Assembly (NCBI GenBank): GCA_977020255.1
Contig: CDROCS010004130.1
Location: forward strand, 1-64,000
Reading direction: 5' to 3'
Length of the DNA stretch: 64,000 nt
Source of the DNA: Obrimoposthia wandeli
Taxonomy: Eukaryota
Made by a program: the position numbers and the translations under genes. This document shows, one piece after another, positions 41,793 through 51,332 of the stretch (positions are counted from its first letter, which is position 1; the number at the start of each line of letters is the position of its first letter). Under the pieces are notes generated by a model, which made no database searches, was not told the DNA's origin, and saw only the letters and a program-made list of their open reading frames with translations.

Positions 41793-41826
41793 AAAAAACC
41801 TTGAATTTAAATTCAAGGTTTTTTTT
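41793..41826. terminator. Intrinsic terminator
   Basis: AAAAAACCTTGAATTT/AAATTCAAGGTTTTTTTT. Confidence 0.9.
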
Positions 41827-41952
41827 ATATCAAATTTTAACTATAACATTCTTATTACAATGAAATTCAGCTTTGTCAATTAAGGATTCTATATAAAAAA
41901 TATGACCAGTTATTAAAAAAAACAGTCTGTTTGTTTATTAATTTTAAGAATC

Positions 41953-41988
41953 ACTCATTAATTACATGACAATTATCATTTAATGAGT
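41953..41988. promoter_or_regulatory. Operator-like inverted repeat upstream of the tail-collar/adhesin operon
   Basis: ACTCATTAA (41953-41961) and TTAATGAGT (41980-41988) flank an inner ATGAC-AATT-ATCAT imperfect palindrome. Confidence 0.5.
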
Positions 41989-42020
41989 AGTTTTATAAAC
42001 CTTTAAAACAACCCAAGAAC

Positions 42021-42575
42021 ATGAAAAATCTTCCTTCCCGCAGATCGTTTTTGCAAAAAACTGCAATGGCAACTACTGGAGTAGCTCTACTTTCTTCAAA
42101 CACAGTGATTAATGCATTAACAAAAGATGATAGTCCATTTTCTGGATACAATCCTTATGCTGAAGAAAAAACAGATTTAAGAGCTTCATCATTATTTGGT
42201 AAACATTTATTTGTAAATGGAAAAATTTACAATAAATCAGGTAATTCAACAGTATCAAATATAACTATTGAAGTATGGCATTTATCTCCTAATTCAAAGA
42301 AATATAAACATAAAGCGAAGCTAAAAACCAATGGTTTTGGTGAATACAGTTTTATCACAGATTTCCCTAATAGAGAATATGGAAAAACAGCTAGGGTATA
42401 TTTTAAGGTAAAAAATAACAATACAACTTATTTTACCGAATTATTAGTAAACGATTTTGGTGCTAACATAACAGGAAAACATTGGGAAGAGAACCACCAA
42501 TTAGGTGAGAAATTATTTCCTTTTAAAGAGGGTACATTAGACTCTTCAACTATAACATTTAACATTTCAATTTAA
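42021..42575 (+). CDS. Tat-signal protein with intradiol ring-cleavage dioxygenase-like fold, probably non-catalytic
   Basis: SRRSFLQK twin-arginine motif. GKIYN...IEVWH...Y...KTNGFGEYSFITDFP matches the fold, but KTARVY replaces RPxHIH. Confidence 0.65.
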   Translation: MKNLPSRRSFLQKTAMATTGVALLSSNTVINALTKDDSPFSGYNPYAEEKTDLRASSLFGKHLFVNGKIYNKSGNSTVSNITIEVWHLSPNSKKYKHKAKLKTNGFGEYSFITDFPNREYGKTARVYFKVKNNNTTYFTELLVNDFGANITGKHWEENHQLGEKLFPFKEGTLDSSTITFNISI

Positions 42576-42600
42576 ACTAAAATTTAAAAAACAATTTATT

Positions 42601-43113
42601 ATGGAACCATATTTAGGACAAATACAAGCATTCGGTTTTAACTTTGCTCCAAGAGGCTGGGCACTTTGTGATGGACAATTATTATCTATTGCTTCATATT
42701 CCGCTGTATTTTCATTATTAGGAACAACGTTTGGTGGTGATGGAAGAACGACTTTTGGATTACCAGATTTACGTGGTAGAAGTATGGTACATGTAGGAAA
42801 TGGTCCTGGATTAGATAGCATTCGTTGGGGTGAAAAAGGTGGTAACTATCAAACTTTTTTAACTACCGCAAATATGCCTTCACATAACCATAATATATCT
42901 GTTGCTGTAAATTCAAGTAAAGGAGAAGAGCCAAATGCAACATCTATTCTTTCAAATCATTCAGGAGCTTTTCAAGAAGAATCTAATGGTACTGTTTTAG
43001 GAGGTGTTTCTCAAAGTAATGTTGGTAGTAACCAAGGAATAAATACTAGAAATCCATACGTAGGAATTTATCATTCAATAGCATTAACTGGTGTTTTTCC
43101 TTCTAGAAGTTAA
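42601..43113 (+). CDS. Phage tail-collar domain protein (MdpB/'microcystin-dependent protein' type)
   Basis: LGQIQAFGFNFAPRGWALCDGQLLSI...LLGTTFGGDGRTTFGLPDLRGR, MPSHNH, C-terminal ALTGVFPSRS; no signal peptide. Confidence 0.92.
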   Translation: MEPYLGQIQAFGFNFAPRGWALCDGQLLSIASYSAVFSLLGTTFGGDGRTTFGLPDLRGRSMVHVGNGPGLDSIRWGEKGGNYQTFLTTANMPSHNHNISVAVNSSKGEEPNATSILSNHSGAFQEESNGTVLGGVSQSNVGSNQGINTRNPYVGIYHSIALTGVFPSRS

Positions 43114-43116
43114 AAT

Positions 43117-44250
43117 ATGAAGATTGGACTTTTACTACCAAGGTCGGATATGTTTCCTTCTCTTGCTTTGGACTTTTTAAACGGTTTAAAACTTGTTTTT
43201 GATAATTCTAATAATTGTTTAGAATTACCTGAACTAATAATTGAAGGTGTTGGTAACGCAACTGATGATTCTATTATTAGAATTGCTGAAAAAATGATAT
43301 TGCAAGAAAATGTTGATTTAACTATTGCTTTTTGTGGAATTTTAAAACTTAAAGAATTAGTTAAAATTTATGACTCTTATAATAAACCTTTAATTCATCT
43401 AGATTTAGGTGGTAATTTTCTTACAAAAAAACATATCAGTAAAAATGTAATTCACTATTCATTAAACTTATGGGAGTCGTGTTACAAAGCTGGAGTTTAT
43501 GCTGCAAATCAATTTGGTAAAAAAGCTGCATTAGCAATTTCATTTTATGATGGAGGCTATCAATTAGTTGAAAGTTTTGTTGATGGTTTCACAGAAAATG
43601 GAGGTGAAATAGTTTTTAACTATGTAAGTCCAATGGAATATAAAAATGAAAATTTTGAAAATTTAGTTTCAGGTATTGAAAACTCAAAACCTGATGTTGT
43701 TTTTTCAGTTTTTAGTTACAAAGAAGGAGTAAAAGTTTTAAATGCCTTTTCACAATCAAAATTTAATGATAAAATTCCTTTAGTAGCAATACCATTAATG
43801 ACAGATGAATCAATAAATAAGGAAGAATATCAACTTCCGAATGTTTTCTCAATAGCATCTTGGGCATTTGAAGATAGCTCTATTGAAATGAAAAGTTTTA
43901 TTTCTTCTTATAAAAAGAAATATGACCAAACACCTAATATTATAAGTTTATTAGGTTTTGAAATTGGAGCTATTGTAAATTATTGTCTTAATCACAATAA
44001 AACCATTCCGGTTAAAATTGGAGAATATTTCAAAAATAAAGAATTAACATCCCCAAGAGGTAAATTGGTGTTTAACAATTTTAATGAAACAAAAGCCACT
44101 GAATTCAAGCTTAGAAAATTTGAATTTAATAATACTAACTATCAAAATACAGTAATAGGAAGAATTGAAGGATCAATTTCTAAAAATAGTCATTTAAAAA
44201 AAGAAGAAATTTCATTTTCTGGTTGGCAAAATCCATATATCTGTACTTAA
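43117..44250 (+). CDS. Type-I periplasmic-binding-protein fold (branched-chain amino acid SBP-like) lacking a signal peptide
   Basis: Begins directly with MKIGLLLPRS; alternating beta/alpha pattern, FYDGGYQ, LTSPRGKLVF, C-terminal GWQNPYICT; no ABC permease or ATPase nearby. Confidence 0.7.
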   Translation: MKIGLLLPRSDMFPSLALDFLNGLKLVFDNSNNCLELPELIIEGVGNATDDSIIRIAEKMILQENVDLTIAFCGILKLKELVKIYDSYNKPLIHLDLGGNFLTKKHISKNVIHYSLNLWESCYKAGVYAANQFGKKAALAISFYDGGYQLVESFVDGFTENGGEIVFNYVSPMEYKNENFENLVSGIENSKPDVVFSVFSYKEGVKVLNAFSQSKFNDKIPLVAIPLMTDESINKEEYQLPNVFSIASWAFEDSSIEMKSFISSYKKKYDQTPNIISLLGFEIGAIVNYCLNHNKTIPVKIGEYFKNKELTSPRGKLVFNNFNETKATEFKLRKFEFNNTNYQNTVIGRIEGSISKNSHLKKEEISFSGWQNPYICT

Positions 44251-44261
44251 AGAATTCAATT

Positions 44262-47200
44262 ATGAAAAAAACTACTTTATTCACCTTAATCCTTACCCTT
44301 CTTCTTGGGTTAGCCGATGGTTTTTCACAAAAAGTTGCTATTATAGGAATGAACCATCTTTCGGGTTCAACCACTGATGATGGATTTACTTTTGTTGCAA
44401 CAGAAATTATCCCTGCTGGAGAAATAATTTATTTCACAGATAATGAATACGATGACGCTGGTAATTCTTTTACATTTGGTATTGGAACATCCGGTGAAGG
44501 TGTAATTATATACACTGTAGGATCTGGAGGATTAGCTATAGGCGATGTTGTTTTCATAAACGAAACAGGTAGTAATACTTTCACAGTATCTTGTTCTTCT
44601 GGTATAAATTGTGGTACTGCAATTGCATCCTCAACGTTTAACAATGGAAGTTTTAATTTATCTACTAATGGAGATGGGCTATATGCCTATTCAGATTCTA
44701 ATCAAAATGTGACTGATGGTATAACAGCAATATATTCTGTAATGTACACAGGTTCTGGTGAATCACCCAGTCAAAATGGAGGAACAATTCCAAATAATGC
44801 AAACCCAATAAACGATTATCCAAATGCAATTATAGTCGATGGCTTTAATAACGATGGAGATGTTTTTATAGGCCCAGACCGAGTAGAATATAAATTCAAT
44901 CCAATTTCTTTTAGAGATGCGGTAAACAAAGTTTTATTACAAAATCCTGTAAATTATTTACAATATGTTTCCCAACAAGGTCTGTCAGTAGTTCCTTTTA
45001 CAAATTTAAATTTAACTGGTTCAAATCCAGTATTAACTGTAGCTGCTTCGCCAACCTCAGTGCTTGAAAATAGCGGTACAAGTATGGTTTATACTTTTAC
45101 ACTTGATGCAGCGGCAGCTGGTCCAATAACAGCCAACTTCACTGTAGGTGGAACAGCAACCTTTACGTCTGATTATACACAGTTCGGAGCTGTTAGTTTT
45201 AGTACAACCACTGGAACAGTAACAATTCCTAATGGAGCTACAAGTGCTACAGTTACAATAACACCATCAAGCGATACTGTATTAGAACCAGACGAAACAA
45301 TCGTTTTAACACTTACAGCCGGAACTGGTTATGATTCTGGTAGCCCAAGCTCTTCAACTATAAATATTGTTAATGATGATTCAACATCAATCACTCCTAT
45401 TGTAGCTTTAACAGGAATTAATACAAATACTACAGAAGGTTTTTCTTTTGTTGCTTTAAATGATATAGTTGCAGGAACCGTAATTTATTTTACAGATAAT
45501 GAATTTAATAACTCATCCCTTACTTTTAATTCTGGTGAATTTGTTGCTTCTTGGACTGCTCCAATAGGCGGTATTCAAAGAGGAGAAGTAATTGTAGCAA
45601 AAGAAACAAGTACTAATTCTTTCACTACAAATTGCAACAATGGCACATGCGGTCTTGTAACTCTGCATGCTGGTAGCTTCGCTCTTGCTACAAATGGCGA
45701 AACAATTTCGGCATATACAGATACTAACAATGACCCAACTGATGGTGTTACAGAAATACACTCTGTTCTATATACGGGCTCAACCACTTCTGGAGGTAAT
45801 ATTCCTAGTATTGAAGATCCTACTTCAATATATGTTGGTTCTATTCTTGTAGATGGTTTTACAACAACAGCACCTGACAGAACTGAGTACAATCCTACTT
45901 TAAGAACTGTTGATGTAGATCAAGCAAATTTTCAAAACCCAACTAATTGGTTATATTCACAAACTAATCAAGATCTTTCCATTGTACCTTTTAGTAATAT
46001 AATTATTACAACAGGTACTTCTAACCCAATTGCCACTGTTTCAATTTCACCTTCAAATGTTGTTGAAGACAGCGGAAATACAATGGTATATACTTTTATA
46101 TTAGATGCGCCTGCAAGCGGAGATGTTATTCTAAACTTTACTGTAGTAGGAACAGCAACCTTTTCAACTGACTATACAGTAACGGGATCCACAAATTTTA
46201 ATACTACAACTGGTAGTGTAACAATTTTAGATGGTACTTCTTCAGTATCTGTTAGTATTACTCCTGTTGTAGATATAACTGTTGAAACATTAGAAGATAT
46301 TGAACTTATAATTGCATCAGGTATTGGATACAATGGAGGTAGTCCAAATAATGCTATAGGAACTATTAGTAATGACGACACAAGCAATTCAGATCCTTTA
46401 GTTGCAATTTCTGGTATGTCTCATTTAACTACCGATGGTTTTTCATTTGTAGCAATTAGAGATATTCCAGCTAATACTGTGGTATATTTTAGTGAAGATG
46501 AATTTGACAATACTTCATTAAAATTCTCATCTGGTGAAGCCCTAATTCAATGGACATCTCCAGCTAGTGGTATAATTAATAAAGGAGATGTAATTGTAAT
46601 TACGGAAACTGGAACAGATTCATTTACTCCAACTTGTACTAATTCTTTAGGTAATGGTTGTGGAACTATTGTTGTAGTTCAGGGAAATTCAAACCTTTCT
46701 ACAGGAGGAGATTCTTTATATGCCTTTACAGATGATGATGCTGATCCTACAAATGGTGTAACAGACATATATGCCGTAATGTACACCGGAGGTCCTTTAG
46801 GAGTTGGAGGAAATATTCCCACAAATGAAGACCCTTCAGGTATATATCTCAATGCATTAGTTGTAGATGGCTTCCCTATATCAAATCCAAATAGATCAGA
46901 ATATGATGAAACCAAAAGAAATGTATTAGTTGAGAATGCCGATTTTGAAAATGTGACAAATTGGGTACATGCCCAATCTCTTCCAGCTTTATCAACTACT
47001 CAATTCACTAATCTTGCATTATTAATTGCTCCTACTATTACCTTTAATGATATTAATAAAACATACGGAGAAACCAGTTTTGATTTAGCTGCAACATCAA
47101 ATTCAACCGGGAATATCACATATTCTATAATTGGATTAGCTAATGGAACTAGCCTTTCTGGAACAAATAATGAAACTGTAACTTTAGGAAATACAGGTAC

Positions 47201-50200
47201 AGTAACGATTAGGGCTACACAAGCTGCAGATGGTAGTACGTATGCAAAAGGAACCAAAGATATTACTTTTACTATTGACAAAGTAGCTTTAACAGTAACA
47301 GCCAATGCAAGTCAGACCAAAATTTATGGTGCAGCTGATCCAACCACCTTAGACTATACCATCACAGGATTTGTGAATGGAGATGTAGAAGGTGACTTAG
47401 ACACACCAGTAAGCATCTCAAGAGCTGCAGGAGAAAATGTAGGGAACTACACAATCACTCCGGCTGGAGCAGCAGATACAAACTATACAGTAAGCTTTGT
47501 CACTGCACAATTCAGCATTACTAAAGCAACTTTAACAGTAACTGCCAATGCGAGTCAAACCAAAGTATATGGTGCAACCGATCCAACATTGACCTACACC
47601 ATCACAGGATTTGTGAATGGTGATGTAGAAGGAGACTTAGACACACCAGTAAGCATCGCAAGAGCGGTAGGAGAAAATGTAGGAAACTACACGATCACTC
47701 CAGCTGGAGCAGCAGATACAAACTATACAGTAAGCTTTGTCACTGCACAATTCAGCATTACTAAAGCAACTTTAACAGTAACTGCCAATGCGAGTCAAAC
47801 CAAAGTATATGGTGCAACCGATCCAACATTGACCTACACCATCACAGGATTTGTGAATGGTGATGTAGAAGGAGACTTAGACACACCAGTAAGCATCGCA
47901 AGAGCGGTAGGAGAAAATGTAGGAAACTACACAATCACTCCGGCTGGAGCAGCAGATACAAACTATACAGTAAGCTTTGTCACTGCACAATTCAGCATTA
48001 CTAAAGCAGCTTTAACTGTTACTGCCAATGCGAGTCAAACCAAAGTATATGGTGCAACCGATCCAACATTGACCTATACCATCACAGGATTTGTGAATGG
48101 AGATGTAGAAGGAGATTTAGACACACCAGTAAGCATCGCAAGAGCGGTAGGAGAAAATGTAGGAAACTACACGATCACTCCATCGGCAGCAGCAGATGCA
48201 AACTATACGGTAAGCTTTGTCACTGCACAATTCAGCATTACTAAAGCAACTTTAACTGTTACTGCCAATGCGAGTCAAACCAAAGTATATGGTGCAACCG
48301 ATCCAACATTGACCTATACCATCACAGGATTTGTGAATGGTGATGTAGAAGGTGACTTAGACACACCAGTAAGCATCTCAAGAGCTGCAGGAGAAGATGT
48401 AGGGAACTACACAATCACTCCAGCTGGAGCAGCAGATACAAACTATACAGTAAGCTTTGTCACTGCACAATTCAGCATTACTAAAGCAACTTTAACAGTA
48501 ACTGCCAATGCAAGTCAAACCAAAGTATATGGTGCAACTGATCCAACATTGACCTACACCATCACAGGATTTGTGAATGGTGATGTAGAAGGAGACTTAG
48601 ACACACCAGTAAGCATCTCAAGAGCTGCAGGAGAAAATGTAGGGAACTACACAATCACTCCGGCTGGAGCAGCAGATACAAACTATACAGTAAGCTTTGT
48701 CACTGCACAATTCAGCATTACTAAAGCAACTTTAACAGTAACTGCCAATGCGAGTCAAACCAAAGTATATGGTGCAACCGATCCAACATTGACCTACACC
48801 ATCACAGGATTTGTGAATGGTGATGTAGAAGGAGACTTAGACACACCAGTAAGCATCTCAAGAGCTGCAGGAGAAAATGTAGGGAACTACACAATCACTC
48901 CGGCTGGAGCAGCAGATACAAACTATACAGTAAGCTTTGTCACTGCACAATTCAGCATTACTAAAGCAGCTTTAACTGTTACTGCCAATGCGAGTCAAAC
49001 CAAAGTATATGGTGCAACCGATCCAACATTGACCTATACCATCACAGGATTTGTGAATGGAGATGTAGAAGGAGATTTAGACACACCAGTAAGCATCGCA
49101 AGAGCGGTAGGAGAAAATGTAGGAAACTACACGATTACTCCATCAGCAGCAGCAGATGCAAACTATACGGTAAGTTTTGTCACTGCACAATTCAGCATTA
49201 CTAAAGCAACTTTAACAGTAACTGCCAATGCGAGTCAAACCAAAGTATATGGTGCAACCGATCCAACACTCACCTACACCATCATAGGATTTGTGAATGG
49301 TGATGTAGAAAGTGATTTAGACACACCGGTAAGTATCGCTAGAGCTACAGGAGAAGATGTAGGAAACTACACCATTATGCTGTCTGGCGGTTTCGACAAT
49401 AATTATTCGTTCAACTTGTACAATGGAATATTTACTATTAATAAAAAAGAAATAACCATTACGGCAGATCCGAAATCAAAAATATATTGCGATACGGATC
49501 CAGTATTAACTTATCAAATTACTTCAGGTGACTTAGAGATTGGAGATAGTTTTTCAGGAAGTTTAATAAGAGTAATTGGGGAAAATGTGGGAAGCTATTC
49601 AATCTCCATTGGAACAATAAGTGCTGGTGAAAATTATAATACAAGTTTTGTAGCTGACGATTTATCAATAACAGTAAAAACAGTAACAATAAGCTGTCCA
49701 CCTGACATAGTAATAAATACAGATGAAGGAAGTTGTAGCGCAAGCAATGTTGCATTAGGTATAGTCTTAATTAATGGGGATGATTGTTCTGTTGCTATTG
49801 TTACGAATGATGCTCCAGATATTTTCCCTTCGGGAAATACTATTGTAACATGGATTGTAAAAGATAATTTAGGAAATATTACTGAAGTAACTTGTGAACA
49901 AATTGTTACTGTTAACGATAATGAAATCCCTACTGTTGTTACCAAAAACACCACTTTACAATTAAATGAATTTGGAACTGCAGTTATTACGACAAATGAC
50001 ATAGACAATGGATCTTCTGATAATTGTAGTATTGATTCTATAAATATCGACATAACTGATTTTGACTGTTCAGATCTGGGTGAGAATATTGTAACAATAA
50101 CTGTAACTGATATTCATGGGAATAGTTCTAACGAAGAGGCGATTGTAACAATTGAAGATAATACTCTACCAACTGTAATTACACAAAATATTTCTATTGA

Positions 50201-51320
50201 ATTAGATGAAGCTGGTAATGCAACAATTACAACAGCTGATATTGACAATGGTTCTACTGATAATTGTAGTATTGACACAATAAATATAGATAAAACTAAT
50301 TTTGATTGTTCAAATATTGGAGAGAACACTGTAACATTAACGATTACGGACATCAACAGTAATATAAGCAGTAATACTGCTATAGTAACAATAGTTGACT
50401 CCATTGCTCCTATTGCAATTTGTTCAGCACCATTTACAATTGAATTAGATGAAACAGGTAATGCCACAATTACTGCTGATGATATTAATAATGGAAGTAC
50501 GGATAATTGTACTATTGCTTCTTTAACTATTGATAAAGACTCTTTTGATTGTAACTCTATAGGTGATCAAACCGTAACATTAACGGTAACTGATAACAGT
50601 GGAAACAGCACAAATTGTGCAACTGTGATAACTGTAGTAGATACAACTGATCCATTGGTAATAACTCAAAATATTAGCATTGAATTAGATGAAAACGGAG
50701 AAGTAATAATTACTCCTGAAGACATTAATGATGGAAGTTTTGATAGTTGTGGGATTGCTTCAATGAGTTTAGATAAGGTAAGTTTTACGTGTCCTTCTTT
50801 AGGAGATCATACGGTTACTTTAACGGTTGTAGATGTTAATGGTAACAGTGCTTCTGAAATGGCTACTGTAACTTTCACTTCTGATGATTTAGATAACGAT
50901 GCTATTGCCGATGTATGTGATGATGACATGGATGGAGATGGTGTTAACAACGATATAGATAACTGTCCTTCCCATTCAAATCCAGATCAAGCCGATTTAG
51001 ATCGTAACGGAATTGGTAATGTTTGTGATACTGCTGAATTGGAAACACCTAAAGGTTTTTCTCCAAATGGTGACGGTGTTAATGATTATTTTATTATTGC
51101 AGGATTGCATAATTACCCAAATAACAACATAGAAATTTATAATCGTTGGGGGAATTTAGTCTATAAATCAAAGGACTACCAAAATTTCTGGGATGGTATT
51201 GCGCAAGGTAATGGTGTTCTTAATAAAAATGAGCTATTACCTGCAGGACCATACTTTTATGTATTAAGCATAGATGGTGGGACAAAAATAATAAAAGAAT
51301 GGGTTTATATTAATTATTAA
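44262..51320 (+). CDS. Giant T9SS type-B (CHU_C/gliding-motility CTD) adhesin with 3 repeated head domains, 2 Calx-beta-like domains, 10 MBG-like repeats, HYR-like and Cys-rich stalk repeats, and TSP3 repeats
   Basis: Signal peptide from ATG 44262 (MKKTTLF...GFSQ); C-terminal PKGFSPNGDGVNDYF...IYNRWG...WDG...YFYVL...VYINY. Confidence 0.92.
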   Translation: MKKTTLFTLILTLLLGLADGFSQKVAIIGMNHLSGSTTDDGFTFVATEIIPAGEIIYFTDNEYDDAGNSFTFGIGTSGEGVIIYTVGSGGLAIGDVVFINETGSNTFTVSCSSGINCGTAIASSTFNNGSFNLSTNGDGLYAYSDSNQNVTDGITAIYSVMYTGSGESPSQNGGTIPNNANPINDYPNAIIVDGFNNDGDVFIGPDRVEYKFNPISFRDAVNKVLLQNPVNYLQYVSQQGLSVVPFTNLNLTGSNPVLTVAASPTSVLENSGTSMVYTFTLDAAAAGPITANFTVGGTATFTSDYTQFGAVSFSTTTGTVTIPNGATSATVTITPSSDTVLEPDETIVLTLTAGTGYDSGSPSSSTINIVNDDSTSITPIVALTGINTNTTEGFSFVALNDIVAGTVIYFTDNEFNNSSLTFNSGEFVASWTAPIGGIQRGEVIVAKETSTNSFTTNCNNGTCGLVTLHAGSFALATNGETISAYTDTNNDPTDGVTEIHSVLYTGSTTSGGNIPSIEDPTSIYVGSILVDGFTTTAPDRTEYNPTLRTVDVDQANFQNPTNWLYSQTNQDLSIVPFSNIIITTGTSNPIATVSISPSNVVEDSGNTMVYTFILDAPASGDVILNFTVVGTATFSTDYTVTGSTNFNTTTGSVTILDGTSSVSVSITPVVDITVETLEDIELIIASGIGYNGGSPNNAIGTISNDDTSNSDPLVAISGMSHLTTDGFSFVAIRDIPANTVVYFSEDEFDNTSLKFSSGEALIQWTSPASGIINKGDVIVITETGTDSFTPTCTNSLGNGCGTIVVVQGNSNLSTGGDSLYAFTDDDADPTNGVTDIYAVMYTGGPLGVGGNIPTNEDPSGIYLNALVVDGFPISNPNRSEYDETKRNVLVENADFENVTNWVHAQSLPALSTTQFTNLALLIAPTITFNDINKTYGETSFDLAATSNSTGNITYSIIGLANGTSLSGTNNETVTLGNTGTVTIRATQAADGSTYAKGTKDITFTIDKVALTVTANASQTKIYGAADPTTLDYTITGFVNGDVEGDLDTPVSISRAAGENVGNYTITPAGAADTNYTVSFVTAQFSITKATLTVTANASQTKVYGATDPTLTYTITGFVNGDVEGDLDTPVSIARAVGENVGNYTITPAGAADTNYTVSFVTAQFSITKATLTVTANASQTKVYGATDPTLTYTITGFVNGDVEGDLDTPVSIARAVGENVGNYTITPAGAADTNYTVSFVTAQFSITKAALTVTANASQTKVYGATDPTLTYTITGFVNGDVEGDLDTPVSIARAVGENVGNYTITPSAAADANYTVSFVTAQFSITKATLTVTANASQTKVYGATDPTLTYTITGFVNGDVEGDLDTPVSISRAAGEDVGNYTITPAGAADTNYTVSFVTAQFSITKATLTVTANASQTKVYGATDPTLTYTITGFVNGDVEGDLDTPVSISRAAGENVGNYTITPAGAADTNYTVSFVTAQFSITKATLTVTANASQTKVYGATDPTLTYTITGFVNGDVEGDLDTPVSISRAAGENVGNYTITPAGAADTNYTVSFVTAQFSITKAALTVTANASQTKVYGATDPTLTYTITGFVNGDVEGDLDTPVSIARAVGENVGNYTITPSAAADANYTVSFVTAQFSITKATLTVTANASQTKVYGATDPTLTYTIIGFVNGDVESDLDTPVSIARATGEDVGNYTIMLSGGFDNNYSFNLYNGIFTINKKEITITADPKSKIYCDTDPVLTYQITSGDLEIGDSFSGSLIRVIGENVGSYSISIGTISAGENYNTSFVADDLSITVKTVTISCPPDIVINTDEGSCSASNVALGIVLINGDDCSVAIVTNDAPDIFPSGNTIVTWIVKDNLGNITEVTCEQIVTVNDNEIPTVVTKNTTLQLNEFGTAVITTNDIDNGSSDNCSIDSINIDITDFDCSDLGENIVTITVTDIHGNSSNEEAIVTIEDNTLPTVITQNISIELDEAGNATITTADIDNGSTDNCSIDTINIDKTNFDCSNIGENTVTLTITDINSNISSNTAIVTIVDSIAPIAICSAPFTIELDETGNATITADDINNGSTDNCTIASLTIDKDSFDCNSIGDQTVTLTVTDNSGNSTNCATVITVVDTTDPLVITQNISIELDENGEVIITPEDINDGSFDSCGIASMSLDKVSFTCPSLGDHTVTLTVVDVNGNSASEMATVTFTSDDLDNDAIADVCDDDMDGDGVNNDIDNCPSHSNPDQADLDRNGIGNVCDTAELETPKGFSPNGDGVNDYFIIAGLHNYPNNNIEIYNRWGNLVYKSKDYQNFWDGIAQGNGVLNKNELLPAGPYFYVLSIDGGTKIIKEWVYINY
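47280..49670 (+). repeat. Tandem array of 240-bp (80-aa MBG-like) units: 9 near-identical plus 1 divergent
   Basis: Lines at 47521, 47761, 48001, 48241, 48481, 48721, 48961 and 49201 all start CTAAAGCA. Unit 1 has a one-codon insertion; unit 9 diverges in its last quarter. Confidence 0.97.
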
Positions 51321-51332
51321 AAATAACAATTA

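Noticed and set aside
42601-43113. Prophage or phage tail-like particle suggested by the tail-collar gene
   Set aside because: No integrase, terminase, capsid, sheath, tube, baseplate or lysis genes in the window; the gene lies inside a host adhesin operon.
44223-44261. Upstream TTG start of the giant adhesin overlapping the SBP gene
   Set aside because: ATG at 44262 gives a standard signal peptide and an 11-nt intergenic gap.
47280-49670. CRISPR array or mobile-element repeat
   Set aside because: Units are 240 bp, contiguous, in-frame protein repeats with no unique spacers and no cas genes.
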